Of a DNA stretch of 64,000 bases, positions 1 through 10,641 are shown in pieces (the first letter of the stretch is position 1; each line of letters begins with the position of its first letter). Source of the stretch: Alphaproteobacteria bacterium (GTDB taxonomy: Bacteria > Pseudomonadota > Alphaproteobacteria > UBA828); assembly GCA_965214705.1 (NCBI GenBank), contig OZ243972.1, positions 640,001 to 704,000 on the forward strand, in the 5' to 3' direction. The notes beneath the pieces are model-generated. The model ran no database searches. It had not been told where the DNA came from and worked only from the letters and a program-made list of their open reading frames with translations. The translations under genes and the position numbers were made by a program.

Positions 1-340
1 GGGCTCGCTGTCGCCGAGACCATGCGCAATCTGGCCAGGAAACCGAGGCGGGTTCTCGACTTCCTGAAAATGACCGACAACGTCGCTCCGCGGACAGCGC
101 CCAGCTGACCGCCCCCTCCGGGCCGCGTCCATCGCTGCGACGCCAACCTTCGGAACGCCGGGGGCGAGCGGTCATGTCCAGATGAAGCCGTGCTCGACCC
201 TCGCGGCCAAGGGCAGCGCTATGCGGCGGCGCGATGACGGCCAAATCCGGTGGCCAGCCCCGCAAGGTCCTCAACGAAAGCGGGTGGAGCATGATTGAGT
301 GCCGTCAGCCAGCGGCGAAAATCAGAACGAATTTGCCGTG
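1..340 (+). mobile_element. 3' end of an ISAs1-family element (transposase C-terminus 1..108 and right inverted repeat)
   Basis: Frame 1 reads GLAVAETMRNLARKPRRVLDFLKMT..*, paralogous to the C-terminus of the 2402..3088 transposase. GAACGAATTTGCCGTG (325-340) resembles the IR at 3317-3336. Confidence 0.75.
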
Positions 341-349
341 GTCAATTCC

Positions 350-522
350 CAGGGCTCGTTTTTTGTCGACCCGGCGGGCGGCGTGGCGTGCTCAGCGGTC
401 CATTTGGGGGCGCGTTTCGTTGTCGGCGTGCCGAATTGAGCCTCATGGAGGTGCCGTCGACCCCGCCGCAGGCAACTTCGCAGTGGTCGCCGACACCCAA
501 TCACGACAAAAAATTGTTCCTG
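350..522. mobile_element. 173-bp MITE with CAGG termini
   Basis: IRs CAGGGCTCGTTTTTTGTCG (350-368) and CGACAAAAAATTGTTCCTG (504-522); flanking direct repeat GTCAATTCC at 341-349 and 524-532. Confidence 0.65.
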
Positions 523-534
523 CGTCAATTCCTC

Positions 535-890
535 GTAACTGCCCAGGTTGTTTCTGGGGATGATTCCGCTGTTGGGGAGTTCTCGCCGGGTCGGCTCACG
601 CGCACTTGACGGTGGCGATGAGTTGGTCCGATGGGCTCATCAGGGCTTCGATGATGTTCCAGCCCTGCTTTCTGGCGGTGGTGATGACGCTGCGCAGGAT
701 GGCGAAGTTCTCGGCCCCCTTCTCGGATCGGAAGCCGCCTGAGATCTTCTGGCGCAGCTTCATCATCCGAAGGTCGCGCTCGGCCTCGTTGTTTGTGAAC
801 CCGACCTCGAGGTCGGTCAGGAACCGGAGCACCGCGCACTTGTGGTCGCGCAGCCTCAAGGCCAGATTGTGACCGATCCGTCGTTTCCGG
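535..890 (-). pseudogene. IS66-family transposase C-terminal fragment with terminal GTAAC end
   Basis: FTNNEAERDLRMMKLRQKISGGFRS...FAILRSVITTARKQG is an IS66 C-terminal motif; GTAACTGCCCAG at 535; the 5' part is missing. Confidence 0.8.
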
Positions 891-947
891 CGTACCGCTT
901 ATGCACGAAGCTCCGGTGAACAGGGCGAATTTGTTCAAGCCTGATTT

Positions 948-3088
948 TTGAGTTCTGCGCTACGAGTTGACCTTGGGTCTGGTCAGCGCGCGCCAACCCT
1001 GCTATGGATTGAGGCGACTGGATTCGCGGTGTTCTGCTGCGGATCGGCTTCGAGCAGGGGGACGGTTTCTACGGTGGATCTTTCCGAGGTCGATGTCGCT
1101 GCTGTCCGGCCGCAGGACGAGGCCCGGTTCCGCGCGCTGATGGAGGGGCATCACTACCTGGGTGCGTCTGCGAAGGTGGGGGCGAGGGCGTGGTACGTCG
1201 CCCATCGGCGCGGCGAGTGGCTGGCGCTGGCCGTGTTTTCGGCTGCGGCGCGCAAGTGCCGGGCGCGGGACGAGTGGATCGGCTGGGACTTCCGCACGCA
1301 GCACGGGCGGCTGCATCTGATCGCGAACAACGCGCGCTTCCTGATCCTGCCGGGACGGGGTGTTCCGAACCTCGGCTCGCGGGTGCTGGGGCTTTGCGCG
1401 CGGCGCTTGGCGCGCGACTGGCCGGCCCGCTTCGGCCACCCCGTGCTGATGCTGGAAACATTCGTGGACGCGGCGAGGTTCCGGGGCACGGTCTACCGGG
1501 CGGCTGGATGGCTGGCGGTCGGCCAGACCCGCGGCTTCCGGCGCCACCGCTCGGGCTATGTCGCCGGCTCGACGCCGAAGCTTGTGCTGCTGCGCCCCCT
1601 GGTTCCCGACGCCTGCCGCCGGCTGTCCGCTGCCGGGCTGGATCGGGAGTTGTGGAAGAAAGGAGTTCCGAGAACCATGATCAGCGCCGCTCAGCAAGAG
1701 TCGCTCTACGCCTACTTCAAGGACATCGACGACCCCCGCACGCGCAAGGGACGGCGGCATTCGCTGCCCAGCGTGCTCGCGCTTGCGAGTGGCGCGACGC
1801 TCTGCGGCATGCGAGGCTGGAAGGCGATCTCCGAGTGGGTCGACGATCTCGGCGAGAAGGCGCTGGCCCGCTTCGGCGTGCGGCTGCGCGACGGGGTGCG
1901 CCGGCCGCCTTCGATGTCGACCATCCGCAATGTGGTGATCCGGGTGGACCCGGACCAGTTGGACGAGGCGTTGCGCAAGTGGCAGGAGGCCCACGGCTCA
2001 GGCGACGCGGCGCTTGCCATCGACGGCAAGACCCTGAGAGCCTGGCCGGAAATGAATTGAGTGGAATCAGACACTTGTGATTCACTGCCTGTGCTTCACA
2101 ACACGGGGAACACAAGATGTGAATCGACGCCAACCGGGAGAAGTATGAGCGCGGGGGGCTTCGCGCACTCGCCTAGCTCCTGATCGCCAGCATCCAGCCC
2201 TTCATCTGGAGACTCGCAACGCTATGAAAATAAACGATTCATTTCCGGCCAGGCTCTGAGGGGGGCCATCGACGAGGACGGGACCCAGGCTCATGTCATG
2301 AGCGCGGTCGGGCACGAGACCAAGGCCACGCTCGCCCAAAAAAACTTCTCCTGAAAGTCGGGGCCGACGAGGAGACAAAGCGCACCAACGAGATCGGCAC
2401 CGTGACGGCGCTGGTGGACCTGATCCCGAACATCGCGGGCAAGACGGTCACGACGGACGCGCTGCTGACCCAGCGCAAGTTCGCCCGCTACCTGCTCGAC
2501 CGGGGCGCGCACTTCATGTTCATCGTGAAAGGGAACCAGAAGACCATGCGGGACGATGTGACGCTGCTCTTCGAAGAGGCGCCGGAGCGTGAGCCCGACT
2601 TCGAGGAGGAGGCCGCGCTGTCGCACGGACGCATCGAGCAGCGGGCAATCTGGACGAGCACGGAGTTGAACGGCTTTCTCGACTTCCCGGGCGTCGGCCA
2701 GGTCTTCATGATCGAGCGCTCCCGCCAGGACAAGAAGACCGGCGAGACCGGTACCGAGACCGCCTACGGGATCTCCAGCCACACGCCCGGCACGGCCAAC
2801 GCGCAGAGCCTGCTCGCCCTCAACCGCGGCCACTGGTGCATCGAGAACAGCTCGCACCACTGCCTCGACTGGACCTGGGACGAGGACCGCAGCCGCATAC
2901 GCACAGGCTTCGGCCCCGAGAACATGACCCGCCTGCGGCGCTTCGCCATCGGCCTGATCAAGGGCCGGGGGCTCGAGGTCGCCTCGACCGTGCGCAGGCT
3001 CGCCCGCAACGTCCGCGCCGTCCTCGACTTCCTGAAAATGACCGGGAACACCCAGCCGAGGACCGCAAAGCGCGCCGCGCCGGCCTGA
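948..3088 (+). pseudogene. ISAs1 transposase (N-terminal DUF4338/DruA-like domain plus DDE), split by an insertion at 2038-2256 and a -1 frameshift at 2338-2345
   Basis: HHYLG...NNARFLILP...LETFVD (DUF4338); DPR..GRRH, AIDGKTLRG, NEIG, TDALLTQ, VKGNQ, HGRIE, HWCIEN, DEDRSRIR (ISAs1). Confidence 0.85.
2038..2256 (+). mobile_element. 219-bp internally deleted IS5-family (IS1031-like) element
   Basis: Perfect 20-bp IR GAGCCTGGCCGGAAATGAAT; TGA target duplication; removing it restores KTLRGAID; relics of the transposase N- and C-termini lie inside. Confidence 0.85.
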
Positions 3089-3400
3089 ACCCCGGCGCCC
3101 GGCAAGCCGGGCGCAAAGATCGTACCTGCCCTCGCTCCCGACCACGCCGGTGGCGCAATCCATCATGTCGGGGCACCGCCAAATCGCGTCGGCACCGCCC
3201 ACACGGTAATGCCAGAACCCTCTGACCGAACCGGATGCTCGGCCAGACCCCGCCGCAAACCCCGTAACAAAGCCGATCCGCACAACCCGTGGCCAGAACT
3301 CAACCGCCTACCAGCCGCTTGGACAAATTTGCCCTGCGCGCTTGACCGCTCCGCCTTTCTGGAAGTGCGGCTGCGGTGATGGCGAAGGAGACGGACCGGA

Positions 3401-3885
3401 TCAGATCGGCGGAACCATAAGGCGCATCAGTTGGCTGGCCGCCAGCACGGTCATGCCGAACATGAGGTGGGCGAGAACCTTGTCGTAACCGCGCACGCGG
3501 ACATGGCGGCCGCCGAACTCATCCTTCAGCCGCCCGCTGATCCGCTCGGACCCCGAGCGCACGACGTAGCGACGCTCCTCGGGAAAGACCAGACCGAGCG
3601 TCCGCCGCGCCTTCTTCTCACGCTTCAACGCCTCTTGCATGTCGACCGAGCTGCGCGGGTTCACGTCGATGATCGGCTTGTGGCCCAGCAAGATGCTGTG
3701 CGCCCAGATCTCGATGCAATCATAGGCCGCGTCCATCAGGTCATAGAGGCTCTCGACCCGCCCGGCCGTCAGGGTCCCCAACGGAATCGCCACCTGGGAG
3801 TCATGCGTCGACGCAGACGTCATGATGCAGCTGATGGGGACCCCGCCATCGGCGGTATCGACGTGCAGCTTGTACCCGATCCAGG
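3401..3885 (-). pseudogene. DDE transposase C-terminal fragment (IS1182/IS5-like)
   Basis: WIGYKLHVDTADG, SASTHDSQVAIPL, LMDAAYD, RSGSERISGRLKDEFG; the N-terminal half is absent. Confidence 0.75.
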
Positions 3886-4006
3886 AGCTGAGTTGCGCCG
3901 CGCTGATTGACACCGCGCCGCCCTGCGTCGACAGCCAGGTACCCAACTCGAACCAGTTTCGGTTTTTCACCACGACTTCTCCATCGCCCCGTTATGATCT
4001 TGCGTC

Positions 4007-7000
4007 ATGGTCGCGACGGTCCGCAACCTGACCTCTTCGTCTGCCACGTCGGAGTATTTCCGCCAGGACGGCGGCTACTACTTGAGGAAGGGCGAGGGCG
4101 CTGCCGACCTTCGCGCCAAACGTGCTGAGCACCGGAACGCGAGCACCTGGCACGGCGCGGGCGCGGTTGCCCTGGGACTGCATCCCGGCAAGCCGGTCGC
4201 GGCGGGCGCTTTCGAGAAGCTTCTTCAGGGCCATGTGATCGGGACGAGGGCTCGGCTCGGGCGGCCGCGCGACGGGCAGCACGAGCACCGTCCGGGCTTC
4301 GACATCACGTTCTCGGCACCGAAGTCGGTGTCGCTGGCGGCGCTTCTGCCGACGGAGGAGCACCCGCACGGCGACCGGATGGTGATTCGCGCACACAATG
4401 CGGCGGTGCGCGAGACGCTCGACTGGATCGAGGGGTCGCTGCTGGAGACCCGGGGCTGGGACCCCGCCACCGGCAGGCGGCCGCGGGTGAAGGCGCCCTG
4501 GATGGTGGCGGCATTGTTCCGCCACATCGCGAGCCGCAACCTCGATCCGCAGCTTCACACGCACGCCGTGATCGCCAACATGACCCGGGACGAGGAGGGG
4601 CGGTGGAAGAGCGTGGAGCCGACGCTGCTGCACCGCAATGCGAGATTGATCGGGGCGTATTACCGTGACCGGCTTGCGCGGCAGCTGATGGAGAGAGGAT
4701 ATACGATCGTGCCGGCGATGGTGGGCCGGCTGCCGAGCTTCGAGCTTGCGGGCTACGGCCGGGAGGTGCGGGAAGCGTTCTCGACGCGCCGGCACGAGAT
4801 CCTGGCCTACGTGGACGAGAAGGGCTGGGACCGCAGCACGGACAGGATGCAGGCGGCGACGCTGGCGACGCGCAAGCGGAAGGCGGAGCCGGTGCGGGCG
4901 CAGCTGCAGGAGCGATGGCGGGTCCGCGCTCGGGAATTGCGCCTCGACACGGCGCTCGCGGAGGCACGCGCCGGGCAGCCGATCGTGCTGCCGGAGGGCC
5001 CGTCGGCGCTGGCGATCGTGCGCCGCTGCATGCGCCAGCTGGAGGAACGGCAATCGGTCTTCTCCGAACACGATCTCGAGGCGCTTGCTCTCGGCCATTC
5101 GCCGGGCCGGCATTCGCTCGGAGAGATCCGGGACGCGGTCGCCTGGCTGGTCCGCGACGGCCACCTGGTCGAGGCCCAGCTGCGGCGCGCCGACCGGGCC
5201 TTCGTCACCGACCGGGCGCTGAAGGCAGAGCGGTCCACGATCGCGATGATGAAGGCCGGGATCGGAGCCGGCGCGGCACTGGCCCCGGAGAAGGACGTGG
5301 CGGCCCGTCTCGACGGCGCCGGCCTCACCGAGGGACAGGAAGAGGCGGTTCGCACGATCCTGCTGGCGCGCGACCGGGTGGTCGGCGTGCAGGGCCGGGC
5401 CGGGACCGGCAAGACGACGATGCTGCGCCAGGTGCGGGCGCTTGCCGGGGAGAAGCCGGTGTTCGGGCTCGCGCCCTCGACCGCCGCGGCCGCGGTGCTG
5501 GGGCGAGAGACCGGCATTCATGCCCGCACGCTTCAGTGGTTCCTGGCGCGCCGCCGGGGGGCGGGCGCCAGCGGACAGGCGCTGGAGGCGTTGAGAGAGA
5601 CCTTCGGTGGCGCGGTGCTGGTGCTGGACGAGGCCTCGATGGTGTCGACCGACCAGATGCGCTCTCTGCTGCGGGCGGCGGACGAGCTCGAGGTTTCCCG
5701 CATGGTGCTGGTGGGCGACAGCAGCCAGCTCCGCGCGGTGGAAGCGGGCCAGCCGTTCCGGCTGCTGCAGCGGGCGGGGATGACGACGGCGGCGATGGAC
5801 GACATCCTGCGCCAGCGGAACCCGGAGCTGCGGGCGGCGGTGCAGGCGGTTCTGGCGGGCGATCCCGGCGAGGCGGTGGAGCTGCTCGGCAGCAGCGTGC
5901 ACGAGGTGGCGCACGAGGAGCTCGGCGAGAAGGCGGCGCGGGCCTGGCTGGCGCTCGACCCCGCCACCCGCGACAACACCCTCCTGGTCGCACCCACCCA
6001 TGCGCTGAGGGAAAAGATCAACGGAACCGTCCGGGAAGCACTGGCGAGTGAGGGGGTGCTCCGGGGGAAGGCGCTCGGGATCGAGCGCCTGGTCAGCCTG
6101 GGCATGACCCGGACCGAGAAGGGGGACGTACGCAACTACCGGGAAGGGGATCTGGTGGTGTTCCACCAGGACCTGGTCAACTACCGGCTGAAGAAGGACG
6201 AGATCCTGACCGTGACCGGTATCGACTACGACCGGGTGATGCTTCTCCATCCCGACGGCAAGCCGCGCTGGATCCGCCCGGCGGGCTCGGTCCGTTACCA
6301 GCTCGACGTCTACGAGACCCGTCCCATGGAGGTCCGCGCGGGCGACCGGATTCGCTGGACCCGGAACGACAGGAAGCGCTCGCTCGTCAACGGCGAGCGG
6401 GCCGAGGTGGAGGGGATCGCCAAGGACCGGGTGCGGTTCAGACTGGCGGACGGGCGGGGGCTGTCGCTGCGGTTGGACGATCCGCAGCTGCGGCATATCG
6501 ACCACGCCTGGAGCTCGACGGTGCACGGCGCGCAGGGGAGCACGGCGGACGGGGTGATCGCGGTGCTGGATTCGAGCCACGGCGCGCTTGCCGACCAGTC
6601 GACCTTCTACGTCGAGATCAGCCGGGCACGGGACCGGGCGGTGGTGCTCACCGACAACGCCGAGGAGCTGGTGAAGGTTCTGGCCGACAACACCGGGGAG
6701 CGTCCGACGGCGATCGAGGCGATCGACGCACCGCTCGAGCTTGAGCCCGAGGAGATCGTCCGGCTGCTGGCGGAGAACGAGCCGGTCTGGACACTGCGCG
6801 CGGAATGGGAGGCGCTGGAACGGCGGGCGCAGCGCGAGGGTACGGTGCTGTTTCTGGTGGAGGGCTACGGGACGCTGATCGGACGCGCGCAGGAGCTCGC
6901 CGGGAAGCCGGACCTGCCGGCTGCGACCAGGGAGGTCGTGGACGGGCTGCTGGCCTACGACCGCGCCTGCCGCGAAGGGGACAGGGCGGCGGTGGAGTTT

Positions 7001-9448
7001 CTCGGGCTTCTCGATGGGCATGACGCGAGGAGGCGCGGGCTGGACGAGGCCGCCGGGTCCGCAGCGTGCCCGGTTGCCGAACTGGAAGACTACCTGGACT
7101 GGCGGGAGACGTCGGAGCGGCTCGCGGCGAACGGCAAGGTCCTGCTCGTGGAGCTGGGCGAGCGCGCGGGCGAGGCCGGCGGCACGATCTCCCGGCGCCT
7201 CGGGGAGTTCGCCGACCTGCTGGCGGTCGACGACGCGGTCCTCGAATTCGACACGCTGCGCCGCGAGGTGGCGGCGCGGGCCGCGGCGGAAGGCACGATT
7301 CCGTTCTACGCCGAGGGCCATGACGCTCTCGTCGAGCGGGCCACGACACTCGCCAGGCTGTCCCCCCTCCCGGCATGGGCGCTGGCAGCGGCCAGGGAGG
7401 TCCTTGACCATGCAGAGGCATGGGAAGAACGGAAGGCGGCAATCGTCGCGCTTCATGGAATGGCGGTCCGGCTTCTGGACGAGCGCACGACGCTGGAGGA
7501 CCGCGCCCGCACGGCTGGCCCGCCCATGTTCACCCCGCCCACCGAACTGGCGGGCTATGCCGACTGGCTGGCGCGTTGCGGGGAGGCGGGCGAACGCTGG
7601 CGCGCCATGCGTGAAGAGCCGGATTTATGGCAATCCCATCTCGACCGGATGAAGGATGAAGCGGGTGAGATCGCGGCCGCCGTCAAACGGCTCGACGAAC
7701 TCGGCGATCACGACCTGGCCTGGGCGGGGGTGTTCCAGAAGCGTCTGGCGATGGCGGAGCGGGAGAAGGCCGGGACCGTCATCGCCTTCTATCTGCCGGG
7801 CTGGGAGGAGCTCGTCGAGGCGGCCCGCGCGCTCGGCGAGCGGGAGGGCTTGCCGGACCAGGCCAGGAAAATGGTGGAGCGGGTGCTGGACTACGACCGC
7901 GAACGCAGCACGGAGCGCGCCACCGTCGACGGTTTCCTCGAGGGAGCCGAGCGACATGGGCAGTACTGGAAGGACCTGCAGGAAGAAGCGAAGCGGCGGA
8001 CCGGGCAGGACCCGGACTTCCTCGTCACCGGCCTGGACGGCTATCGGTCCCTCAGAGACTTTTCGGCGAATCTGTTGACCACGGGACGCAAGATCCACAA
8101 GGACGAAGACAAGGACAAGGACAAAGACATCTATGCTCCCCATCTCGACCGGATACCGGGCGTCAGGGATACGCTGGCTGCCGCGCTGGAGCGGATGGAG
8201 AGTCACCATCTTCTCGACCGCTTCGTCTCGGTGAAGGCCCAGCTCGAGGGCGCGAAGCACAGCGCGCTCGAGAAGGGCATATCGCCCGCCGATGACGAGG
8301 GGTGCGGCAGGGCCATCGCCCGGGCGGAGCACCTTGCCAGGGAACCGGACCTTGACGAGGCGGCCCGGCGCTGGCTGCAGGCCGAGATCGACGACCATGC
8401 TGCGCTGTCAGCCCATTGGGCGGCGTTCCAGCGCCTGTTCCGGGAGGCGAACGAGCTGGACGAACAATACCGCCATCTCGAGGAGCGCGCGGCGCGCGAG
8501 GCACTGCCGCTGTCGCTGCTTGCCGAATGGCCGGCATGGCAGGAACGAAGCCGCGACTTCGAGGATGACGTCCGGTGGGCGCGCTACGACGACGACGACC
8601 GGGAGCGCTGGCAAGGCCGCCCGGACATGCTCGAGCGCATCGAAGAAGGACTTCGGCACGCAAGCGAGCGGAAGACCATTCCCGAGCGGGAGCAGGACCG
8701 GATCGCACGGATGGTGGGCGCCGAACTGGCCCGGCTCCGCGACCCCGGCGCCTCACATGCATTCACCGGACCCTGGACGGGGCAGGAGCCGCTGCTCGCG
8801 GGCGAGCGGATCAGTCTGCGGCCATCGGAGGACGGGCCGCGTCTCGAAGCGGTGGTGCGCCGGCCCGGACGGGCGGGTGGATGGACCCCCGACGACGTGG
8901 TGGAGCTCGAGTGGGTTGCGGCCGCGGCGGGCCGCATGCCCGAAGAGCAGGTGACGCGAATGTCCTGGCTGGAGCTCGCGGGCTGCAACGTCATTCAGGC
9001 GGAGTGGAGCGACGAGAGGCTCCGGCAGGCGGAACGGGAGCGCCAGCGGCCCGAACCCCCGGACCGCTATCCGCTCGCCTGCTCACGGGATACCACCAAG
9101 GGCGACCGGTTGTGGTGCAGCGAGGTCGGCGAAACGGAGACGGCGGCGCCGGAGAGCGCGCGCCTGGGCCGCCCGGCGGTCGTGCAGATCGAGCTGGAGG
9201 TGGTCGACAGAACGGCGCGGAAGACCGAAGCGGAGGACCTCTGCACGCTTCGCGAGCTCTCTCGTTCGGACGACGAGCCCTGTCAGGAACTCAGCCTTTC
9301 GCTCCACGAACTCATGGCGTTCGCGCGAGCGCGCGCATTCCGGGACGAGGACGAGCGCTGGTCCGAGGCGCTCGCCCAGAAGATGGAGCTGGACCAGAGA
9401 CGGGCCATATTGCAACAGGATGGACCGCACTACGTCATGAAGCTCTAG
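4007..9448 (+). CDS. MobF (TrwC/TraI-type) relaxase-helicase with a long C-terminal extension
   Basis: N-terminal YF..DGGYY, GFDITFSAPKSVS, HIASRNLDPQLHTH (3H motif); helicase GRAGTGKT, LDEASM, GDSSQL, TVHGAQG, YVEISRAR. Confidence 0.95.
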   Translation: MVATVRNLTSSSATSEYFRQDGGYYLRKGEGAADLRAKRAEHRNASTWHGAGAVALGLHPGKPVAAGAFEKLLQGHVIGTRARLGRPRDGQHEHRPGFDITFSAPKSVSLAALLPTEEHPHGDRMVIRAHNAAVRETLDWIEGSLLETRGWDPATGRRPRVKAPWMVAALFRHIASRNLDPQLHTHAVIANMTRDEEGRWKSVEPTLLHRNARLIGAYYRDRLARQLMERGYTIVPAMVGRLPSFELAGYGREVREAFSTRRHEILAYVDEKGWDRSTDRMQAATLATRKRKAEPVRAQLQERWRVRARELRLDTALAEARAGQPIVLPEGPSALAIVRRCMRQLEERQSVFSEHDLEALALGHSPGRHSLGEIRDAVAWLVRDGHLVEAQLRRADRAFVTDRALKAERSTIAMMKAGIGAGAALAPEKDVAARLDGAGLTEGQEEAVRTILLARDRVVGVQGRAGTGKTTMLRQVRALAGEKPVFGLAPSTAAAAVLGRETGIHARTLQWFLARRRGAGASGQALEALRETFGGAVLVLDEASMVSTDQMRSLLRAADELEVSRMVLVGDSSQLRAVEAGQPFRLLQRAGMTTAAMDDILRQRNPELRAAVQAVLAGDPGEAVELLGSSVHEVAHEELGEKAARAWLALDPATRDNTLLVAPTHALREKINGTVREALASEGVLRGKALGIERLVSLGMTRTEKGDVRNYREGDLVVFHQDLVNYRLKKDEILTVTGIDYDRVMLLHPDGKPRWIRPAGSVRYQLDVYETRPMEVRAGDRIRWTRNDRKRSLVNGERAEVEGIAKDRVRFRLADGRGLSLRLDDPQLRHIDHAWSSTVHGAQGSTADGVIAVLDSSHGALADQSTFYVEISRARDRAVVLTDNAEELVKVLADNTGERPTAIEAIDAPLELEPEEIVRLLAENEPVWTLRAEWEALERRAQREGTVLFLVEGYGTLIGRAQELAGKPDLPAATREVVDGLLAYDRACREGDRAAVEFLGLLDGHDARRRGLDEAAGSAACPVAELEDYLDWRETSERLAANGKVLLVELGERAGEAGGTISRRLGEFADLLAVDDAVLEFDTLRREVAARAAAEGTIPFYAEGHDALVERATTLARLSPLPAWALAAAREVLDHAEAWEERKAAIVALHGMAVRLLDERTTLEDRARTAGPPMFTPPTELAGYADWLARCGEAGERWRAMREEPDLWQSHLDRMKDEAGEIAAAVKRLDELGDHDLAWAGVFQKRLAMAEREKAGTVIAFYLPGWEELVEAARALGEREGLPDQARKMVERVLDYDRERSTERATVDGFLEGAERHGQYWKDLQEEAKRRTGQDPDFLVTGLDGYRSLRDFSANLLTTGRKIHKDEDKDKDKDIYAPHLDRIPGVRDTLAAALERMESHHLLDRFVSVKAQLEGAKHSALEKGISPADDEGCGRAIARAEHLAREPDLDEAARRWLQAEIDDHAALSAHWAAFQRLFREANELDEQYRHLEERAAREALPLSLLAEWPAWQERSRDFEDDVRWARYDDDDRERWQGRPDMLERIEEGLRHASERKTIPEREQDRIARMVGAELARLRDPGASHAFTGPWTGQEPLLAGERISLRPSEDGPRLEAVVRRPGRAGGWTPDDVVELEWVAAAAGRMPEEQVTRMSWLELAGCNVIQAEWSDERLRQAERERQRPEPPDRYPLACSRDTTKGDRLWCSEVGETETAAPESARLGRPAVVQIELEVVDRTARKTEAEDLCTLRELSRSDDEPCQELSLSLHELMAFARARAFRDEDERWSEALAQKMELDQRRAILQQDGPHYVMKL

Positions 9449-9627
9449 AGAGCGATCCCGCCCGCACCGTCTGCCTCGACGAGGATTCTCAGGACCTGTC
9501 GCTCGTGTCTTGCACTCTTTGCCGTGAAGGAGGCCGGCGAGCATATGGAAAGCACTTTCTTGATCGCCGCGTTCGGGTCGCCGCACGTGCAGCGCCGCCG
9601 GCGGCCGCCTCCCCGTCGGCGACACGC

Positions 9628-10641
9628 TCACGTCTCGTCCCAGCCCGCCCGGTGCCTGGCCGCATCGCCGAAGAAGGCAAGGCAGGCCCGCGCCAGCGAC
9701 CTCTGCCTCCCCGCCTCCGTGAGCACGGCGTGGAAGCTCCTGCCGGTCTCGACGAAGCCGCCCGCCTGCATCACCAGAGTGCCGGCCTCCACGTGTCGTC
9801 CGATCAGATGACGCCAGCCGAGCACGAGGCCGCGGCCGGCAACGGCCGCTTCCAGCGCCTGGGCGTGGCTCTCGACGACTTCGTGCCGGGGGGCCGGGGC
9901 CGGACGGCCGACGGCCTCGAACCAGCGCTCCCAGGACGCTCTGCCCTTGTCGGGCCCCGCGAGATCGAGAAGGGTCAGCCCCTTCCAGCCTGCCGCAGGT
10001 TCGTTCAGAACCTGCGCATGAGCGGCGGCGTAGCCGGGAGAGCAGAAGGCGCTGACGGCTCCCATGGCAATCGTCACGCGGTGACCGGGTGCGGCAGTCT
10101 CCGCGTCCCAGGTCAGCATCACGTCGGCGGCGGTCTCCGGCGGCGCGGGCGCCGCTGCGTTCGTATGGGCGAGAATGCGGATCCGGACGTGATCTCCAAG
10201 CGCCGCTTTCAGCGCCTCGTACCGCTGCATCGCGAAGAGATGCGACAACTCGCCCGGACAGGAAATCGCCACCTCCGTCCCGTCCTCGCCGGAGTGTTCC
10301 GCGATCTCCGCAGCACCCTCATGGAGAGCCTTGAGAGCCACAAGGACCGCTTCGTGAAAGCGCAGCCCCGCGTCGGTCAGGCTCACGCCTATCCGGGAGC
10401 GCTCGAACAGCCGTGCCGAGAGCTGGTCCTCCAGGCGCGCAATGAGCCGGCTGATCGCTGACTGCGAGGTGCCGAGTTCCCGCGCCGCATGGGAGAAGCT
10501 GCCGTGCCGCGCCGCGCTCTCGAAGGCGATCAGGGCGCTCATGGAGGGAAGCCGGTAAGGGATGCGATCGCTCAAGGGCGCGCGGGCGCGGCCAGAGCGC
10601 GCGTTCTCGTCCTCGCGCCGCGGCTCTACGTCCTCTGCCAT
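9628..10641 (-). CDS. LysR-family regulator (GcvA-like)
   Basis: LPSMSALIAFESAARHGSFSHAARELGTSQSAISR..LE..L..RLFER HTH; C-terminal AAVAGRGLVLG. Confidence 0.9.
   Translation of the reverse strand: MAEDVEPRREDENARSGRARAPLSDRIPYRLPSMSALIAFESAARHGSFSHAARELGTSQSAISRLIARLEDQLSARLFERSRIGVSLTDAGLRFHEAVLVALKALHEGAAEIAEHSGEDGTEVAISCPGELSHLFAMQRYEALKAALGDHVRIRILAHTNAAAPAPPETAADVMLTWDAETAAPGHRVTIAMGAVSAFCSPGYAAAHAQVLNEPAAGWKGLTLLDLAGPDKGRASWERWFEAVGRPAPAPRHEVVESHAQALEAAVAGRGLVLGWRHLIGRHVEAGTLVMQAGGFVETGRSFHAVLTEAGRQRSLARACLAFFGDAARHRAGWDET

Larger units (their letters stand above)
921..3336 (+). mobile_element. ISAs1-family element with DUF4338-fused transposase, interrupted by an IS5-derived MITE
   Basis: IRs CAGGGCGAATTTGTTCAAGC (921-940) and GCTTGGACAAATTTGCCCTG (3317-3336), 18/20 match; no target duplication seen. 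Confidence 0.85.

Noticed and set aside
948-1680. DUF4338/DruA domain as evidence of a Druantia system
   Set aside because: It is fused to an ISAs1 transposase inside the IS IRs, and no DruE helicase is present.
3992-7456. 1154-aa minus-strand ORF and similar long shadow ORFs (8575..10461, 17803..19461, 21777..23498, 50146..51477)
   Set aside because: They are antisense or off-frame shadows of well-supported genes in high-GC DNA, with R/P/G-rich composition and no motifs.
9628-10641. GcvA-like LysR as the regulator of gcvTHP
   Set aside because: It lies in mobile DNA about 16 kb from the gcvT promoter, and the operon already has a glycine riboswitch.
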